Notes: generated by a model from the letters alone, not told the origin. Positions 22,080-29,909 are shown, counted from the first letter of the stretch. The stretch: DNA of 32,000 bases from Candidatus Saccharimonadota bacterium (GCA_963706795.1 OY970170.1:240001-272000), one strand, 5' to 3'. Numbers and translations are program-made.

Positions 22080-22131
22080 TTAGTAGATAAATTACATGAA
22101 AGACAAGAAATAAACTCTGAATTACCCAAAT

Positions 22132-22165
22132 AAAAAAGATGTTCTGGATTCAAAACATCTTTTTA
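22132..22165. terminator. Intrinsic terminator insulating the upstream gene from the dnaK promoter
   Basis: AAAAGATGTT (22134-22143) pairs with AACATCTTTT (22155-22164), a 10-bp stem flanked by A and T runs. Confidence 0.7.
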
Positions 22166-22254
22166 GCGAAGACAGAAAAATGGGTGTTTTACTCAGAATC
22201 TCATTGTACTCGACCAAGACCAATTTTTGGATTATCTTGTACCGAAGAGATTTC

Positions 22255-22611
22255 TAGTGGCTTATTTAAGAGGCGGTTTACGATAGAATCATGAGCGGTC
22301 TCTAAGGCCAAACGTATAGAATCCGAAGCGAGTGACTGATCTTTATGAGTAGAGATATTTGGCAAGATCAAAGGCGCACCACCTACACCTCATACAATGA
22401 GATTAAGCTCTCTCGAGATATGACGAGTGATATTTGGGGTAAGAGTGATCGGTGATATTTCACCGAAATTTTCAGGAATTTGTGGCATGAATTGAGATAT
22501 GCCACTGATGAGAGATGCGAGCTGACGAGCCTTTGCCTGATCTGCAGAAGTTTTGGACACATCTTCGCTATATATCCCACTGACTGACGCTTTAATAAGA
22601 TCTGATCCCAT
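22255..22611 (-). CDS. Hypothetical protein (118 aa)
   Basis: The ATG-initiated track ORF 22390-22611 extends through TGA 22390-22392 (...NLIV-G-GVGGAPLILPN...) to TAG at 22255-22257. I preferred it over the overlapping TTG-initiated ORF 22383-22691 because its composition looks more protein-like. Confidence 0.4.
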
Positions 22612-22708
22612 ACAAAAAAGTTTAATTCGCTGAAGTCTACATCCGATCTTAAATTCGTCAATTTGTTTCGAAGCTCAGGATTCTTCAGCAAGAAAAATCC
22701 TATGAATC

Positions 22709-23185
22709 TTATTTTTGAAACGTAATTTCCTTTTTATTTCCTAGAAAGTTATCAAAGACTTTGCGATGCGCGTTAAATGACCAAGGATCTTCTCTTGTAT
22801 AATAACTCTCTACCCAAGCAAGAAGTGGTTCAAGCATTTTTTGCTGCTCTTCGAGCGAAGTATATTTATGCGGTTCCCATGGACGATTACGACAGTTTGC
22901 GAGACAGGTCTCGAGTCATGGATTCAGAAAAATAAGTTCTGTGCAGAACGGAAGAGCTTCCTGGATGAGTTCAGAATAGCATCATTCGATTATCCAAGAT
23001 GGATGTGTCGCAATATATTTTTGTAGATCTGCACTGACTTGCTCAGGTTTTCGAGCTATCGCAATGAGATTTGGCTCCCAAACAATACTATCAAGATCAA
23101 GATGAGGAAGAATATCCGCCTCTGCAAGTCGTTTCGCAAGCACAGATTTACCAGAGCCGGAATTTCCAAAAATAAGTATCCGCAT
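22709..23185 (-). CDS. P-loop NTPase, adenylate-kinase/topology-modulation-protein-like
   Basis: MRILIFGNSGSGKSVLAKRL (Walker A), then HLDLDSIVWEP and WIIE-G-CY. The ORF was extended through in-frame TGAs 22982-22984 and 22916-22918 to TAA at 22709-22711 (158 aa). Confidence 0.6.
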
Positions 23186-23231
23186 ACTAAAAAGAAAGAG
23201 GCTATAATCATATCTTGCCCTATTGCTAGGT

Positions 23232-23267
23232 CAAAAAAATCTCTCCATATTGCCGTATGCAGAGATT
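23232..23267 (-). terminator. Intrinsic terminator closing the GGA-rich transcript
   Basis: AATCTCT (23238-23244) pairs with AGAGATT (23261-23267), with an inner CATA/TATG pairing. A T7 run follows on the minus strand only, so it is unidirectional. Confidence 0.7.
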
Positions 23268-23470
23268 CAAGGTTAAAGCTTTTTTTACGCAATTTCCTTC
23301 CTTTTATCCATCCATCCTTTCTTTCCTTATTCCCTATTCCTTCCAAACTTCCCAAGATTCATTTAGGCGAAGAGATTTACGCGCAGGCTGCGTACCGCAG
23401 TAAGGTGTAGCGGTAGCTACTCCGCACGAGGAAACGCAAAGCCTAAACGTAAAGCTCAAAGCATAAATGA
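23232..23470 (-). ncRNA. Candidate non-coding RNA or structured 3' UTR: ~113-nt multi-stem element, then a 66-nt C-free GGA-rich tract, then a terminator
   Basis: It lies between the stop at 23478 and the terminator at 23232-23267. A long closing helix pairs TTCATTTA (23358-23365) with TAAATGAA (23463-23470) and GAGATTTACG (23372-23381) with CGTAAAGCTC (23448-23457). Plus-strand positions 23290-23355 contain no G and carry ten TCC (GGA on the minus strand). No credible ORF. Confidence 0.4.
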
Positions 23471-23477
23471 ATCCCCC

Positions 23478-24011
23478 TTAGAAGGTTTCGGAGACGTGTT
23501 TTAGGAGTATGCGCCGGTCTTCTGGGAACTTCACATTCTCGAGATAGCTCACAACCTTTTCAAAGACGCAGTATGGATTGTTGGACTTAAAAAAGAATCC
23601 ATTTCCTTCAAATTTCATAGGATTAAAATCCTTAAGAAGTCCTGCATAGATATTGCGCTCTGGCATAACTGGGACAACTCCAGCCTTCATACATTTGACG
23701 ATATCGAGGCCATCAAGCTCGCCGTCATAGACAACAAAGTCATAGGCATAAAGTTCGTTGGCATTAATCTCAGCTTTTGATCCAGCATAACGACGAGTGG
23801 TGGTGTCGACTTCCCCAAGACATACATTGCCGAGTCCGATTGCCGAGAGACCCTCGAGGATAAAATCACGAGTGGCTTCGTCCGCGATAGCGACGAGCGC
23901 GACAAATGGAAGGCTTTTTGGCAGACCAATATCTTCTTTGAGATTGGTTTTTGCTGTATCCTTGATTGCTTTAAGCTCTGGAAGACCGAGTTTTCCCGAA
24001 AGAGTGTTCAT
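23478..24011 (-). CDS. Stand-alone GT-B C-terminal-domain-like protein (resembles the C-terminal half of glycogen-synthase-type glycosyltransferases)
   Basis: 177-aa ORF ending in TAA. KAGVVPVMPERNIYAGLLKDFNPMKFEGNGFFFKSNNPYCVFEKVVSYLE resembles the nucleotide-sugar-binding C-terminal region of GT5/GT4 enzymes. No N-terminal acceptor domain is present. Confidence 0.4.
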   Translation of the reverse strand: MNTLSGKLGLPELKAIKDTAKTNLKEDIGLPKSLPFVALVAIADEATRDFILEGLSAIGLGNVCLGEVDTTTRRYAGSKAEINANELYAYDFVVYDGELDGLDIVKCMKAGVVPVMPERNIYAGLLKDFNPMKFEGNGFFFKSNNPYCVFEKVVSYLENVKFPEDRRILLKHVSETF

Positions 24012-24086
24012 GTTTGTTTGTATATTTGATTGACTTCACTACAGTAACACACGTTTTTTAGACGGGCGAGTAATCTCACTTGACGA

Positions 24087-25178
24087 ATGAATAAGAACTT
24101 TTGGAACGAACTTGCGGCCACTGGTCCGATCGTAGCGCTTGCGCCTATGGATGGCTACTGTGACAGCGCCTACCGACAGGTGATGAAAAAAATCGCACCG
24201 AATATTATTCCATTCTCCGAGTTCTATAGCGCTGACGGACTTGTACATTCCAAGGATCTTGCTCAGAAGGTTCTTCCTCATGCCGAATCCGAAAAACCGC
24301 TCATTATCCAAATATTCGGAAAAGATCCCGAAAAATTCAAACAAGCTGCAATCCTCATCGAAAGTTACGGAGTCGCTGGTATTGATATCAATATGGGATG
24401 CCCTGCAAAAAAAGTAGTAAAGAGTGGCCACGGTTCATCGCTCATGATCAATCGTGACACCGCCTTTAAGATCGTTGAAGAAATGGCGAAGGCTGTAAAA
24501 ATCCCTATCTCCGTCAAAACGCGACTCGGCTGGGAAGACCACAATCTCCTTGTAGAATTTTGTAAGGGTCTCGAGAATGCTGGGGCGAATCTTATCTCTG
24601 TCCATGGGCGAACCTACAAACAGGCATTTACAGGGAAAGCGGATTTTACTGGGATTTATGAGCTCAAACAACATCTCAGTATTCCCGTGATGGCAAATGG
24701 TGACATCATGAGTTATATAGACGGAGCCAATAAAATCATACATCCAGCGAATCGTGCGAATGATATTTTTGCACCAGATAGCGAAACTCGAGCACTCTAT
24801 GCTGGTAAAGAAGCGAAGAACCTCGACGGTATGATGATTGGTCGAGCGAGTTTTGGAAACCCTTGGTGTTTTTTACCAGATGGGAAGCGACCAACACTCG
24901 CCGAAATTCTTGAGATTATGGAAGTACATGCCCATCTCCTTATTGAGACAAAATGACCGAAGGGCGCACTCGAAATCCGCAAACACCTCGTCCAGTACCT
25001 CCATGGATTCCCATGAGTAAAGGAATACCGAACACAGCTCGTTCATGTCGAAAAATTCGACGACGTAACAAATATTCTCGCGACTATCCGCAGAGATCAT
25101 CCTGATAGGCTCGATAAAATTCCCGAGGAAGACACCGGAGCAAAACTCATGGATGCGTGGGATCAGTGCAATGGGTAA
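24087..25178 (+). CDS. tRNA-dihydrouridine synthase
   Basis: LAPMDGYCDSAYR, IDINMGCPAKKV, VKTRLGW, SVHGRT and MIGRASFGNPW are present. The ORF was extended through TGAs 24954-24956 and 25014-25016 (HGFP-G-VKEYR) to TAA at 25176-25178 (363 aa). Confidence 0.85.
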
Positions 25179-25179
25179 A

Positions 25180-25209
25180 TAAAAACGGAACCAGCTGGTT
25201 CCGTTTTTT
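25180..25209. terminator. Bidirectional intrinsic terminator after dus
   Basis: AAAAACGGAACC pairs with GGTTCCGTTTTT (12 bp) around a 4-nt loop. Confidence 0.85.
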
Positions 25210-25231
25210 ATATCGTATGACGAATAACTAT

Positions 25232-25351
25232 TTAAAAGGCTTGATGCCACTGCATTTTAGTATTTGCAGCAATAATTGCGGTCGTACTTATCGCAAAGAT
25301 ACAAACAAGCACGTATGCCGTAAGTACCTTAATATTTTTATTTTTTGTCAT
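25232..25351 (-). CDS. Small single-pass membrane protein (39 aa), tentative
   Basis: MTKNKNIKVLTAYVLVCIFAISTTAIIAANTKMQWHQAF has one TM helix. Its ATG overlaps the 3' end of the preceding small ORF by 14 nt. Stop is TAA. Confidence 0.3.
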   Translation of the reverse strand: MTKNKNIKVLTAYVLVCIFAISTTAIIAANTKMQWHQAF

Positions 25352-25508
25352 CGGGTCCTTTCTTGATTTGGCAGGGTGCTGTTGCCATTTCTGCTTTATT
25401 AGAAGGGTCCAAACATGGAACCTTCGGTTGATAGTTGAGAGCCCACATGGTGCTAGCAGTAACGACGATGAGCACAAGACCGCGAATGATCGTTCTTTTT
25501 TTTATCAT
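25338..25508 (-). CDS. Small membrane-anchored or secreted protein (56 aa), tentative
   Basis: MIKKRTIIRGLVLIVVTASTMWALNYQPKVPCLDPSNKAEMATAPCQIKKGPDDKK has an N-terminal hydrophobic anchor and two Cys. GAAAGGAAAAGAAGG lies immediately 5' of the ATG. Stop is TAA. Confidence 0.35.
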   Translation of the reverse strand: MIKKRTIIRGLVLIVVTASTMWALNYQPKVPCLDPSNKAEMATAPCQIKKGPDDKK

Positions 25509-25636
25509 CCTTCTTTTCCTTTCTGTATGTGTGTATGTATTTTGCATTCAGTTCGATCAAAATCTGAGCGACTGATTCGAAAAATTTGGTTTTCCGACGC
25601 GCTCTTTATACTAATGACGACCTTAATCTCAAGTTA

Positions 25637-25921
25637 ATGCACAAACTTACTCGGAAAGAATTCGCAAATCAGGCCGAAGAATACATCAAACGACTCAACG
25701 AAATTGCCGAAAAACAAGGGTTTTCGGTGATTACTGCGTTCTATATCGAAGGCACTGACAACGAACCTTCTGACTGTATCATCGACTGGAGAAACATGAG
25801 CCTTGACGAAAATCTCTACGCGATCGGACGCTTCACACAAGACATCATGAATAGCTACGACGAGGAAGCAAAAGACTCTGGTGGAATTCCTCCTTTTAGT
25901 GAATACGGACCTGAGAACTAG
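25637..25921 (+). CDS. Hypothetical acidic protein (94 aa)
   Basis: ORF taken from the first ATG (25637) to TAG. No motif recognised. Confidence 0.4.
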   Translation: MHKLTRKEFANQAEEYIKRLNEIAEKQGFSVITAFYIEGTDNEPSDCIIDWRNMSLDENLYAIGRFTQDIMNSYDEEAKDSGGIPPFSEYGPEN

Positions 25922-26270
25922 GATCTCTATATCCGTCAATCAGCCTCCTGAGATTATCTGGTGCAATGATATCTCTAATACTTCTCTGCGTTGCATATCG
26001 AATCAAGAAGAGGCCAAGTTTACGACCGCTTTCGAGGATTCCATAATCTCGAGCAATCACCGATGTCTTTGAAACCCAGACATCTAATACTTCGATACAG
26101 CGCTTTCCTGTGGTGTCCGTGACATATTTAATATCAGCCGAAGCGATCACTGCATCCTTATACGCCAAAGATACCTCTACAGCATCATTTGTTTTGAGTT
26201 TGAAATCTGCGTTATACTCTCCGATACTGTTCTGCATAAAAAAAATCAGTAATTCGAAGTATCTTGGCAT
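25896..26270 (-). CDS. Hypothetical protein (124 aa)
   Basis: ATG-to-TAA ORF whose 3' end overlaps the convergent gene 25637-25921 by 26 nt. No motif recognised. Confidence 0.4.
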   Translation of the reverse strand: MPRYFELLIFFMQNSIGEYNADFKLKTNDAVEVSLAYKDAVIASADIKYVTDTTGKRCIEVLDVWVSKTSVIARDYGILESGRKLGLFLIRYATQRSIRDIIAPDNLRRLIDGYRDPSSQVRIH

Positions 26271-26311
26271 ATAATTTTGTGGATTACAAAATCTAAATCA
26301 TTATTTCTTTC

Positions 26312-27160
26312 ATGCAGCGTCTCATCGTCGTCTACGGTCCCACAGCCTGCGGTAAATCCGCTCGGGCTGTAGAGATTGCTGAGCGCGAAAATGGCGAGAT
26401 TATTAGTGCGGACTCGAGACAAATTTATCGCGGACTCGACATCGGAACGGGCAAAATCACGATGGAAGAAACACGAGGCATCCCCCATCATCTCCTCGAT
26501 ATCATTCATCCCACTGAGGTCTACAGCGTCGCAGAATTTAAAAAAGCGACGGATACCCTCATCACCGAGATTACGAGCCGCTGAAAAACACCGATTCTCT
26601 GTGGGGGCACGGGACTCTATCTCGATGCGGTCATCTATGATTTTGGCATCCCAATCCAGGCAAATGATCCAACTTATCGAGAAGAACTCGAATCATTTAG
26701 GCTCGAAAACGGCAACGAAGCGCTCTGGCAAAAGCTGCATGCCGTAGATCCCAATTATGCCGCAGAAATCCATCCAAACAGCTATCCCTACGTCATCCGC
26801 GCACTCGAAGTCCAAAAGGTTACCGGACAATCCAAAAAATCCTTCCGACAAGAGAAAACTCTCCGGTATGACACGACTTTTATTGCGCCCTACGATGGAG
26901 ATCGTGCAAAACTCTATAACCGAATCAATGCTCGAGTTGCCCAAATGTTCGATCTTGGACTCGTAGAAGAAGTCCAGAAACTTCTGGCTCAAGGCTACAC
27001 AAAATCTGATCCCTGACTCGGCAGTATTGGATACGTTGAAGTTATCGAATATCTCGAATGAAGCGCCTCTCTCGAAGCCACTATCGCCCGAATGCAGCAA
27101 GGAAATCGCAACTACGCCAAGCGCCAAATGACCTGGTTTAGGAATTATCCTCAAGCCTAA
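26312..27160 (+). CDS. miaA: tRNA dimethylallyltransferase
   Basis: IVVYGPTACGKSARAVEIA (P-loop), ISADSRQIYRGLDIGTGK, HHLLD, CGGTGLYL and QGNRNYAKRQMTWF are present. Three in-frame TGAs were read through, and the protein (282 aa) ends in TAA at 27158-27160. Confidence 0.9.
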
Positions 27161-27169
27161 ATATATCAT

Positions 27170-27197
27170 TTGACAAGCGAACTCCAGAGACTAGAAT
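27170..27197 (+). promoter_or_regulatory. Near-consensus promoter of small ORF 27229-27435
   Basis: TTGACA (27170-27175), a 16-nt spacer, then TAGAAT (27192-27197). Confidence 0.55.
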
Positions 27198-27228
27198 CCA
27201 GCCACACCAAAACAAAAGGAGAAATACC

Positions 27229-27435
27229 ATGAAAGACGATCTAGCAAGCGTCAATAAACAGCAATATCTCAAAATTACCCACCAAAGCGCATCAGGCTGC
27301 GGTGGTGGTAGTGAGACTGAATATGGCCAAGCCAAATGGCATGACAAAGGCGCTATCAAATCTGATAACGGCATGTGGCCATCACGGACAATCAGTTCGC
27401 CTCGCATAAACGAAGGCAATGACAGTCCATGGTAG
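27229..27435 (+). CDS. Small hypothetical protein (68 aa) with strong expression signals
   Basis: AAGGAG (27216-27221) lies 7 nt before the ATG. Stop is TAG, with a terminator 48 nt downstream. The sequence MKDDLASVNKQQYLKITHQSASGCGGGSETEYGQAKWHDKG... has no signal peptide and no known motif. Confidence 0.5.
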   Translation: MKDDLASVNKQQYLKITHQSASGCGGGSETEYGQAKWHDKGAIKSDNGMWPSRTISSPRINEGNDSPW

Positions 27436-27482
27436 CCTCACGAGACTCTCTGATCACGCATCAAAGAGTCCATCCTCCAACC

Positions 27483-27514
27483 AAAGCCCACTTCTCTGAA
27501 GTTGGGCTTTTTAT
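27483..27514 (+). terminator. Intrinsic terminator after the small ORF
   Basis: AAAGCCCA pairs with TGGGCTTT, with an inner CTTC/GAAG pairing, followed by TTTTTATT. Confidence 0.75.
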
Positions 27515-27576
27515 TGCAAAATCGATCCCAAATATCTCTTTTTTGAATTTCCGATCGCTTTGAATAGATTACAGTC

Positions 27577-27957
27577 ATGAAATCAACCACTTCCCTCTCC
27601 ATCCTCTTTTTAATACTCGTGCTTTCGCTCATCTCCGGAACGCTCCTGTATTTTTATATGGATCCGGAACGCAATCTGCCAGTCGCCTACGCTATGATGG
27701 GAACAGCACTCTATCTCACATCTGCGTCATTCATCACGATCGTCTTATATATCTTTAAGCGCATTTACTACCGCGGAATTATCTCGGCTTCTACTATTCA
27801 AAGTTCGGTTCGTCAGGGATTTCTCTTTGCGTGCGGACTCATTGGGATCGTGGTCTTTAATAAACTCGGAATACTCGCATGGAGGACGGGTACACTTCTC
27901 TTTTTTATCATCTTTTTATTCGAATTGATGATCCAAAGCCTCTCTGCTTCAGAATAG
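27577..27957 (+). CDS. Hypothetical integral membrane protein (126 aa, about 4 TM helices)
   Basis: ATG-to-TAG ORF that is strongly hydrophobic throughout. Confidence 0.55.
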   Translation: MKSTTSLSILFLILVLSLISGTLLYFYMDPERNLPVAYAMMGTALYLTSASFITIVLYIFKRIYYRGIISASTIQSSVRQGFLFACGLIGIVVFNKLGILAWRTGTLLFFIIFLFELMIQSLSASE

Positions 27958-27992
27958 AAAAAACGTTCCGGAAAATCACGGAACGTTTTAAT
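27957..27992. terminator. Bidirectional intrinsic terminator
   Basis: AAACGTTCCG (27961-27970) pairs with CGGAACGTTT (27979-27988), flanked by A and T runs. It serves the + membrane gene and the - small ORF. Confidence 0.8.
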
Positions 27993-28009
27993 TTTATGAC
28001 ACAGCGCCA

Positions 28010-28165
28010 TTATGAGCCTTGCGGCTGCAGGAAGCTCGTACGAGGCGTCCTGTTATACCACCAGCCGAGCTTTTTCACCAGAATTTCCGGCGCCTTGGTC
28101 AGTTTGGCCAAGAAAGCTTGCAGAGAAGTAATATAATATTGCTGTTGTGTTGTCTTGCTTTTCAT
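28010..28165 (-). CDS. Small basic hypothetical protein (51 aa), absent from the ORF track
   Basis: Hand translation gives MKSKTTQQQYYITSLQAFLAKLTKAPEILVKKLGWWYNRTPRTSFLQPQGS, ending in TAA. AAGGAG (complement of 28174-28179) lies 7 nt before the ATG. It has its own promoter-like element and terminator. Confidence 0.45.
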   Translation of the reverse strand: MKSKTTQQQYYITSLQAFLAKLTKAPEILVKKLGWWYNRTPRTSFLQPQGS

Positions 28166-28230
28166 CAGTGTTCTCCTTTAGAGGTGTGGAATACGATGTT
28201 TTGAATCTAGGATCAAAGTAAAGCTCAGGG

Positions 28231-28258
28231 ATGTTAGGCAAAATAATTACTTTGTCAA
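28231..28258 (-). promoter_or_regulatory. Candidate promoter of small ORF 28010-28165
   Basis: On the minus strand: TTGACA (complement of 28253-28258), a 16-nt spacer, then TAACAT (complement of 28231-28236). Confidence 0.45.
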
Positions 28259-28266
28259 AGTCCAAA

Positions 28267-29292
28267 TTACACAATTCCCTGTGATGCTCGAATATATTGT
28301 TCGCCAAGCATAGTAATCTGGCGTCCTCGAGGTGTACGCTCGATATAGCCGATTTTGAGAAGATACGGTTCGACCACATCTTCGATCGTTTCTTCTTCTT
28401 CTCAGACGATCGAGGCAAGTGTTCCGAGCCCCACTGGTCGCCCCGCAAATTGGTTTGCAAGCGCGGAGAGGAGCTTTCGATCGAGACCATCGAGACCGAC
28501 ATCATCAATCCCAAGATCTGTAAAGATCGCTTCAGTGACTGCAATATCGTCGATCATTCGCCCCACCGTTGCATAGTCACGAAGGATTTTTACGTAGCGA
28601 TTGGCAATACGCGGAGTTCCTCGGCTTTTTTCGGCAACGAAACTATAAATAGGCTCGCTTCCACCCTGAGACAAAATACGAAATGATCGCCCAACGATCT
28701 TGGTGAGCTCATGATCCTGATAAAAATCGAGCTTTAAAATATTCCCAAAACGGTCTCTGAGTGGGCCCGTGAGTTTTGAGAGCTTAGTAGTTGCGCCAAT
28801 GAGGGTAAATTTTGGGATATCCATCTTGACACTCGTCGCTCCTGTTCCTGATCCGATCATAATATCAATCGAATAATCCTCCATTGCAGAATAGAGAATC
28901 TCCTCAATCTGTGGACGAAGTCGGTGAATCTCATCAATAAAGAGAATATCGCCTTCTTTAAGGCTTGTAAGAAGCGAGACAAGATCAGCCTGCTTTTCGA
29001 TCGCAGGTCCTGAAGTCGAACGAAGTTCCGTCGCCATTTCGTAGGCTAAAATCTGCGAAAGTGTCGTCTTACCCAACCCAGGTGGTCCATAAAAAAGCAC
29101 GTGCTCAAGCGGATCACGACGAATTTTGGCAGAATCGATCGCCACACGAAGGTGTTTTTTGATCGCTTCTTGTCCGATGTATTCCTCGAGCGAACGCGGA
29201 CGAAGTGTCGCCTCATCGCGTGGATCAACAACCAGCGCAGTCGTTGATACGATGCGCTCCTCACTGTCGTGCTTACTAGATTGAATGGCCAT
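28267..29292 (-). CDS. ruvB: Holliday junction branch migration helicase RuvB
   Basis: [22 protein letters not shown] (Walker A), LFIDEIHR (Walker B) and TLIGATT are present. The ORF was extended through TGA 28402-28404 into the conserved C-terminus [30 protein letters not shown]. It ends in TAA at 28267-28269 (341 aa). Confidence 0.95.
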
Positions 29293-29342
29293 GTTTGAAA
29301 AGTCCGATTTACTCTATCCAAGCTTCTAAAAAACGCTATTTT

Positions 29343-29372
29343 TTGTTGCTTTTGTCGAGCGTTCTATATAAT
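29343..29372 (+). promoter_or_regulatory. Candidate rplK promoter
   Basis: TTGTTG (29343-29348), an 18-nt spacer, then TATAAT (29367-29372). Confidence 0.3.
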
Positions 29373-29444
29373 GCACGAGCTTCTAAATTGTCAGCACTTC
29401 TCAAGGCTGAACTTCAGTTTATTTTTCCGGTTAATTTCATAAGT

Positions 29445-29876
29445 ATGGCTAAGACTCCTTCAAAGGTTGTCAAACTCCAACTCAAGGCTGGTCAGGCAAA
29501 CCCTGCACCACCAGTCGGTACCGCTCTCGGACCTACAGGTATCCAGATCGCAGAGTTTTGTAAACAATTCAACGACAAGACAAAAGATAAGATGGGTATG
29601 GTTCTTCCTACCGTCATCAATATCTACGACGACCGAAGTTTTGACTTCTACACAAAGGAACCACCAATGACGTTCCTCATTAAGTCAGAGCTCAATCTCA
29701 AGTCTGGATCTAAACTTCCACACAAGGATAAGGTTGCTCACCTCACAGACGCCCAGCTCGAAAAGATCGCCGGTCTCAAAATGCCCGATCTCAATGCTAA
29801 TGACATGGTTCATGCAAAGAGCATCGTAGCAGGTTCTGCACGATCAATGGGAATCACTTCTGATCTCAAGAAATAG
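29445..29876 (+). CDS. rplK: 50S ribosomal protein L11
   Basis: MAKTPSKVVKLQLKAGQANPAPPVGTALGPTGIQIAEFCKQFNDKT... is the canonical L11 sequence. The start was taken at the internal ATG 29445. Stop is TAG. Confidence 0.93.
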   Translation: MAKTPSKVVKLQLKAGQANPAPPVGTALGPTGIQIAEFCKQFNDKTKDKMGMVLPTVINIYDDRSFDFYTKEPPMTFLIKSELNLKSGSKLPHKDKVAHLTDAQLEKIAGLKMPDLNANDMVHAKSIVAGSARSMGITSDLKK

Positions 29877-29909
29877 TCACTGTATTCCTGCCCCAAAGCA
29901 GGAATCCAT

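Noticed and set aside
22383-22691. A 102-aa TTG-initiated ORF overlaps the 22255-22611 gene.
   Set aside because: It has a non-ATG start and off-frame-like composition (L/S/K/I-rich runs). The overlapping ATG frame reads more like a real protein and ends just before a terminator. Confidence in either frame is modest.
23039-23410. ORFs 23039-23410 (+) and 23056-23355 (-) span the intergenic region.
   Set aside because: They translate the G-free/GGA-rich tract and terminator into low-complexity sequence, and they overlap the P-loop NTPase gene out of frame. The region is better treated as non-coding.
23358-23470. I considered whether the structured element is SRP (4.5S) RNA, RNase P RNA, 6S RNA or a riboswitch.
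   Set aside because: It has no GGAA-tetraloop/AGCA symmetric-loop SRP motif and no GAGGAAAGUCC P4 motif (GAGGAAACGC at 23428 is only superficially similar). No plus-strand gene lies downstream for a riboswitch. It is left as an unclassified candidate.
27198-27514. I considered whether the strongly promoted, terminated unit is an ncRNA (tmRNA, 6S or RNase P) rather than a small protein gene.
   Set aside because: It has no tRNA-like T-arm/CCA end and no conserved ncRNA motifs. A perfect SD at ideal spacing and a clean 68-codon frame favour a coding function.
28053-28544. A 163-aa minus-strand ORF lies downstream of or overlapping ruvB.
   Set aside because: It is out of frame with ruvB. The RuvB frame continues through TGA 28402 into its conserved C-terminus ([21 protein letters not shown]). 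The remaining part is better explained by the SD-led 51-aa ORF 28010-28165.
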